Assembly (NCBI RefSeq): GCF_032191835.1
Contig: NC_083237.1
Coordinates: forward strand, 19,902,001-19,966,000
Direction: 5' to 3'
DNA from: Heteronotia binoei
Taxonomy: Eukaryota
Length of the DNA: 64,000 nucleotides
Shown here: in pieces, positions 60,777 through 64,000 of the stretch
How the letters are laid out: every line of letters begins with the position of its first letter
Numbering within the stretch: the stretch's first letter is position 1
Program-made: the position numbers and the translations under genes
Notes under the pieces: model-generated
The model's database searches: none
The model's input: the letters and a program-made list of their open reading frames with translations, nothing else
Told to the model about the DNA's origin: nothing

Positions 60777-61205
60777 CTAAATAATTCTGTGGAAGTGTAC
60801 TGGCTGCGACGCATTATTGCAGAGCACTTCGATACGTCTGTAGTCGGTCCAGCCCCTGTAGTTACAGGGGGGCCTCATGCGACGTCCCCCAGTGGCTTCA
60901 CAGTTAGTGAGATTAAAGGAGGCATGGCTATCAGTGTAGTTGCCAACACGGGTCCCTGCGGTGGTGCAGATGGCATCTACGTCGTTTGCAGGGTTATGGA
61001 TGAAAGAGTTGAGATATTTGCAGATGCGGCGGGTCATCCCTCTCCTCTGCATCATGAGGTTGCAATAGAGCCGGTCAGTCAGCTGGGGACTGGTCTTTGG
61101 GTAGTCCATATGTTTCCTCTGGAAGTCCTGGTAGGTAGGTTGTGGGGAGGCTGGCAAGGGCCCCAGCAGGATCAACAGGAGGAGCAGCATTGGACAGGCT
61201 GACAT
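60777..61205 (-). CDS. RNase A superfamily protein 'RNase-e' (142 aa), cationic, closest paralogue of RNase-c
   Basis: Acceptor cccccag| at 61224; signal peptide near-identical to RNase-c (LLLLL.LLGPLPAS); FQRKH, CKYLNSF, PVHF; 6 mature Cys. Confidence 0.96.
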   Translation of the reverse strand: MSACPMLLLLLILLGPLPASPQPTYQDFQRKHMDYPKTSPQLTDRLYCNLMMQRRGMTRRICKYLNSFIHNPANDVDAICTTAGTRVGNYTDSHASFNLTNCEATGGRRMRPPCNYRGWTDYRRIEVLCNNASQPVHFHRII

Positions 61206-63962
61206 TGCAGCTACAGTGTCGATCTGGGGGACTGAAGGATAAAAAAGCAGATTATTAATTATCTTGCTTCCAAACACATATGTGCAACATAATGTAAAAA
61301 GCTCGTGTTCCCTACTGCCTATTAGCCACACACACCCTTCCCAAGTCAATCGGCTGTGTTGCTGAGATTCATGAACATCCTGGCTGTTGGTTGGGAAGGA
61401 GATAGCCTGGGCTTTTTTTTTATAGCAGGAACTCCTTTGCATATTAGGCCACACCACGTGATGTAGCTAATCCTCCAAGAGCTTACAAGGCTGTTAGTGC
61501 AGGGCCTACTGTAAGCTCCAGGAGGATTGGCTACCTCAGGGGGGTGTCGCCTAAAAGGAGTTTCTGCTGCAAAACAGCCCTGGAAATAACAATCACGGAA
61601 CGCTGACAACAGGACAACTCCTGCAAGGGAAGCAAATGGTTCCTTTAGCTGAGCAGAAACACAGCACTGTAATCTGTGTATAGGAAGGAATGCCCAGAGG
61701 TAGATGTTCTGCTGCGTGACTCAGAGCTTGGAAGCCAAGGCAAAGAAGAAGAAGAAGGAAAAGGAGTTAAGAAAGAAAAACAATGTCTCATCATCAATGG
61801 TATTCCATTCATCTCGATGTGGGGTGGTGCTAACCACTGTCTTGCCTGCCCTTTCAACCACCTTTGTTAACCCCCCCCCCCATGGGTTACCAAGGCCAAC
61901 TCCAGAGGAGTGTATCACTGTAGCATGCCAAGGAGTCAAGGCAGGTGGTTAATGACTTTTGCAGGCTCTCACAAGTTAACTCAGGGCACAAACTTGGGGT
62001 ACGACAAGGACAGAGTCAAGGTGTGCTAAGTAAAATAAAGAAGACAGTTACTAAGTCCTGCACAGTCCCCATCAATGATGACCTCTATGAGGGGAATCAA
62101 AGTAAGTTTATTCATTAAATGAAGACGTTACAGGTCCAAGACTCCATCTTGGTGAGACAGGGGCACTCAGGCTCAGGATGACAATTATACTCTTGGGTTC
62201 AGACGAGGTCTCATTTTGGGTAGGAGCTCACAGGAGCAGAACTCTGGAGCCTATACATTTTATTGTGTTCTTTTGTTCTTAATCCCACCCCACCCCCCAC
62301 CCCCCCAAAAAAACCTTGCTTCTGGGCTCCAAACCCCCTGTGAGAATTTTGCTGAACTCTAGGATTTGACAAACTTTCTAATATTTCCTCCCCCCCCAAA
62401 AAATTGGGAAAATAGCCAAAACATAAAACAGACAGGTAGAAGTCTTCATCATGCCACTGTGGCCACGTAGGAAAAAGTAATTTAAAAAGCATGATGAGAG
62501 TGAGGTTTTATGATGACAATTATAATTCAAGAAACATATTAAGGTAGCTACGGAGCTGATAAAACTCAGTCCACCTTCCAGTCAGGGGTGTGTGGCATGT
62601 GCAAGTGAGTTGTGCTAATGAGCTCCGGCACCTCTTTTTCTACAAAATGACCCCTGGTCCAGATTGTTTTGAAAGTGAAAGCCTCCAAGCCATGGCCTTC
62701 AACTCAAGCCGTACCATGCACTTAGGGTGAGAAAGTTACTTGCAGAATATTACAGACATAATACAGTTCATAAGCTAGCAAGCATGTTAAACATAGCAAT
62801 TCCCCTCTACAGCAGTTCTCGTTACAGCAGTTGTCTTGACGCCAAAATGGAGGTGCTCATGGCAAGAAGCATTCTTGACACTAACTAGGTACTAGGGTTG
62901 CCGGATCTGACTCAGGGAATATCTGGGGACAACAGGGGTGGAGCCAGGAGCAAGGCTGGGACAAGCATGATTGAATTCCGAAGGAAGTTCTGGACATCAA
63001 GTTTAAAGAGACTATGCTCCTTTTCAATGCCTTCCTTCCATTGCAAATAATGGCGGATGGGGGCACATTATTTGGGGGCTTTAGTGGTCCAATCTTTTTA
63101 AAACTTGGAGGGGGGGGAGGAGAGGCACCAGATGTAATGCTGAAAATTTGGTACCTCTACCTCAAAAAACAGCCCCCTCCAAGCCCTAAATACCCATGAA
63201 TAGTTTCTCCATTATATCCTATGGGACCAGTCTCCATAGGGTATAATGGAGTGTCCAGCAGACATTCGCCCCCCCCCCTTGCTTTCTAATAACCCTGAAG
63301 TGGGAGGAGGGCCTCCAAACCAGGGGATTCCCTGCCCTGGGGATTGTTATGCAGCTGTACTTACTATTCAATGGACCAGGAGGGGAGGAGGAGGGGGAAC
63401 CATCAGAAAGGTTCAGGAGCTGTGCCTCTGTGAGCTCCTGCTGAATTCAAGTCCTGGCAAGGTATAAACTCAAAGAACCCTTGGATGAGAAGCCTGAATG
63501 AGACATGAATTCAAACCAGTCTCCATAGGGAATAATGGAGTGCCCAGCAGACATTTCCCTCCACCACCCTTGCTTTCTGATAACCCTGAAGTGGGAGGAG
63601 GGCCTCTAAACCAGGGGATTCCCTGCCCTGGGGATTGGCAACCCTACTAGGCACTTACAATCAACACACACTAAAGGAATGCAGCAATTTTTTCCAGGCC
63701 AGTTTGGCCAGAGATCCTGGAGGAATTATTTTTTTTTTTGCCTTCTTCTGGGTGTGGAGCAGGGGTCACTGGGAGTGTGTGTGTGTGTGTGTGTGGGGGG
63801 GGGTTGAGAGGTAGCTGTGAATTCCCTGCATTGTACAGGGGGTTGGAGGAGATGACCCTGGAGGTGCCTTCCAACTCTATGATTCTGTTCTTCTTATGAC
63901 AACACCCTGTCTGCTGCTCAGTTTCCTGTCTCCCTAATAACTCATCCCTCATAGCAACTCAC

Positions 63963-64000
63963 CTGAAGCCTTGACTTTTCAGTGGTCTCTCTCTCTCTCT
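63963..64000 (-). other. 3' part of predicted non-coding exon 1 of RNase-e (continues beyond the window)
   Basis: Donor CTTCAG|GTGAGT at 63962, homologous to the 37272 donor. Confidence 0.55.

Noticed and set aside
61206-61457. 84-aa N-terminal extension of RNase-e in the ORF track
   Set aside because: It begins inside a MITE and crosses the acceptor at 61224; intronic read-through.

Overview
Eukaryotic DNA, very probably a squamate and most likely a gecko (inferred from Sauria-type and Squam3-type SINEs, 5S-derived SINEs, CR1/L2/RTE LINEs and dense hAT MITEs). The left end holds coding exons 1-7 of METTL17 on the minus strand (8981 to 940, every intron GT-AG and phase-consistent, gene runs off the window) with its CpG promoter. 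Upstream of it lies a cluster of five single-coding-exon RNase A superfamily genes (four minus, one plus), the same METTL17/RNase adjacency seen in mammals. All five have a signal peptide and 6 mature Cys, but they differ at functional residues. RNase-a has Thr45 replaced by Val. RNase-b has lost catalytic His119 (PVHF to PDLF) in an otherwise intact cationic ORF. RNase-c and RNase-e are angiogenin-like duplicates that share an intronic AP-1 block. RNase-d is inverted and acidic, with a 22-aa C-terminal tail. Inside the cluster is a CpG island with an RFX X-box and an exact match to the first coding exon of CEP164, with no second exon found in the remaining 12 kb. Other content: a full-length RTE LINE with an intact 1074-aa frame but no AUG before the endonuclease, a Harbinger-type element with CWG TSD, a solo LTR with 5-bp TSD, Penelope-type hammerhead remnants, many TSD-flanked hAT MITEs and two assembly gaps. 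All family assignments come from motif recognition and recalled sequences, not database searches.
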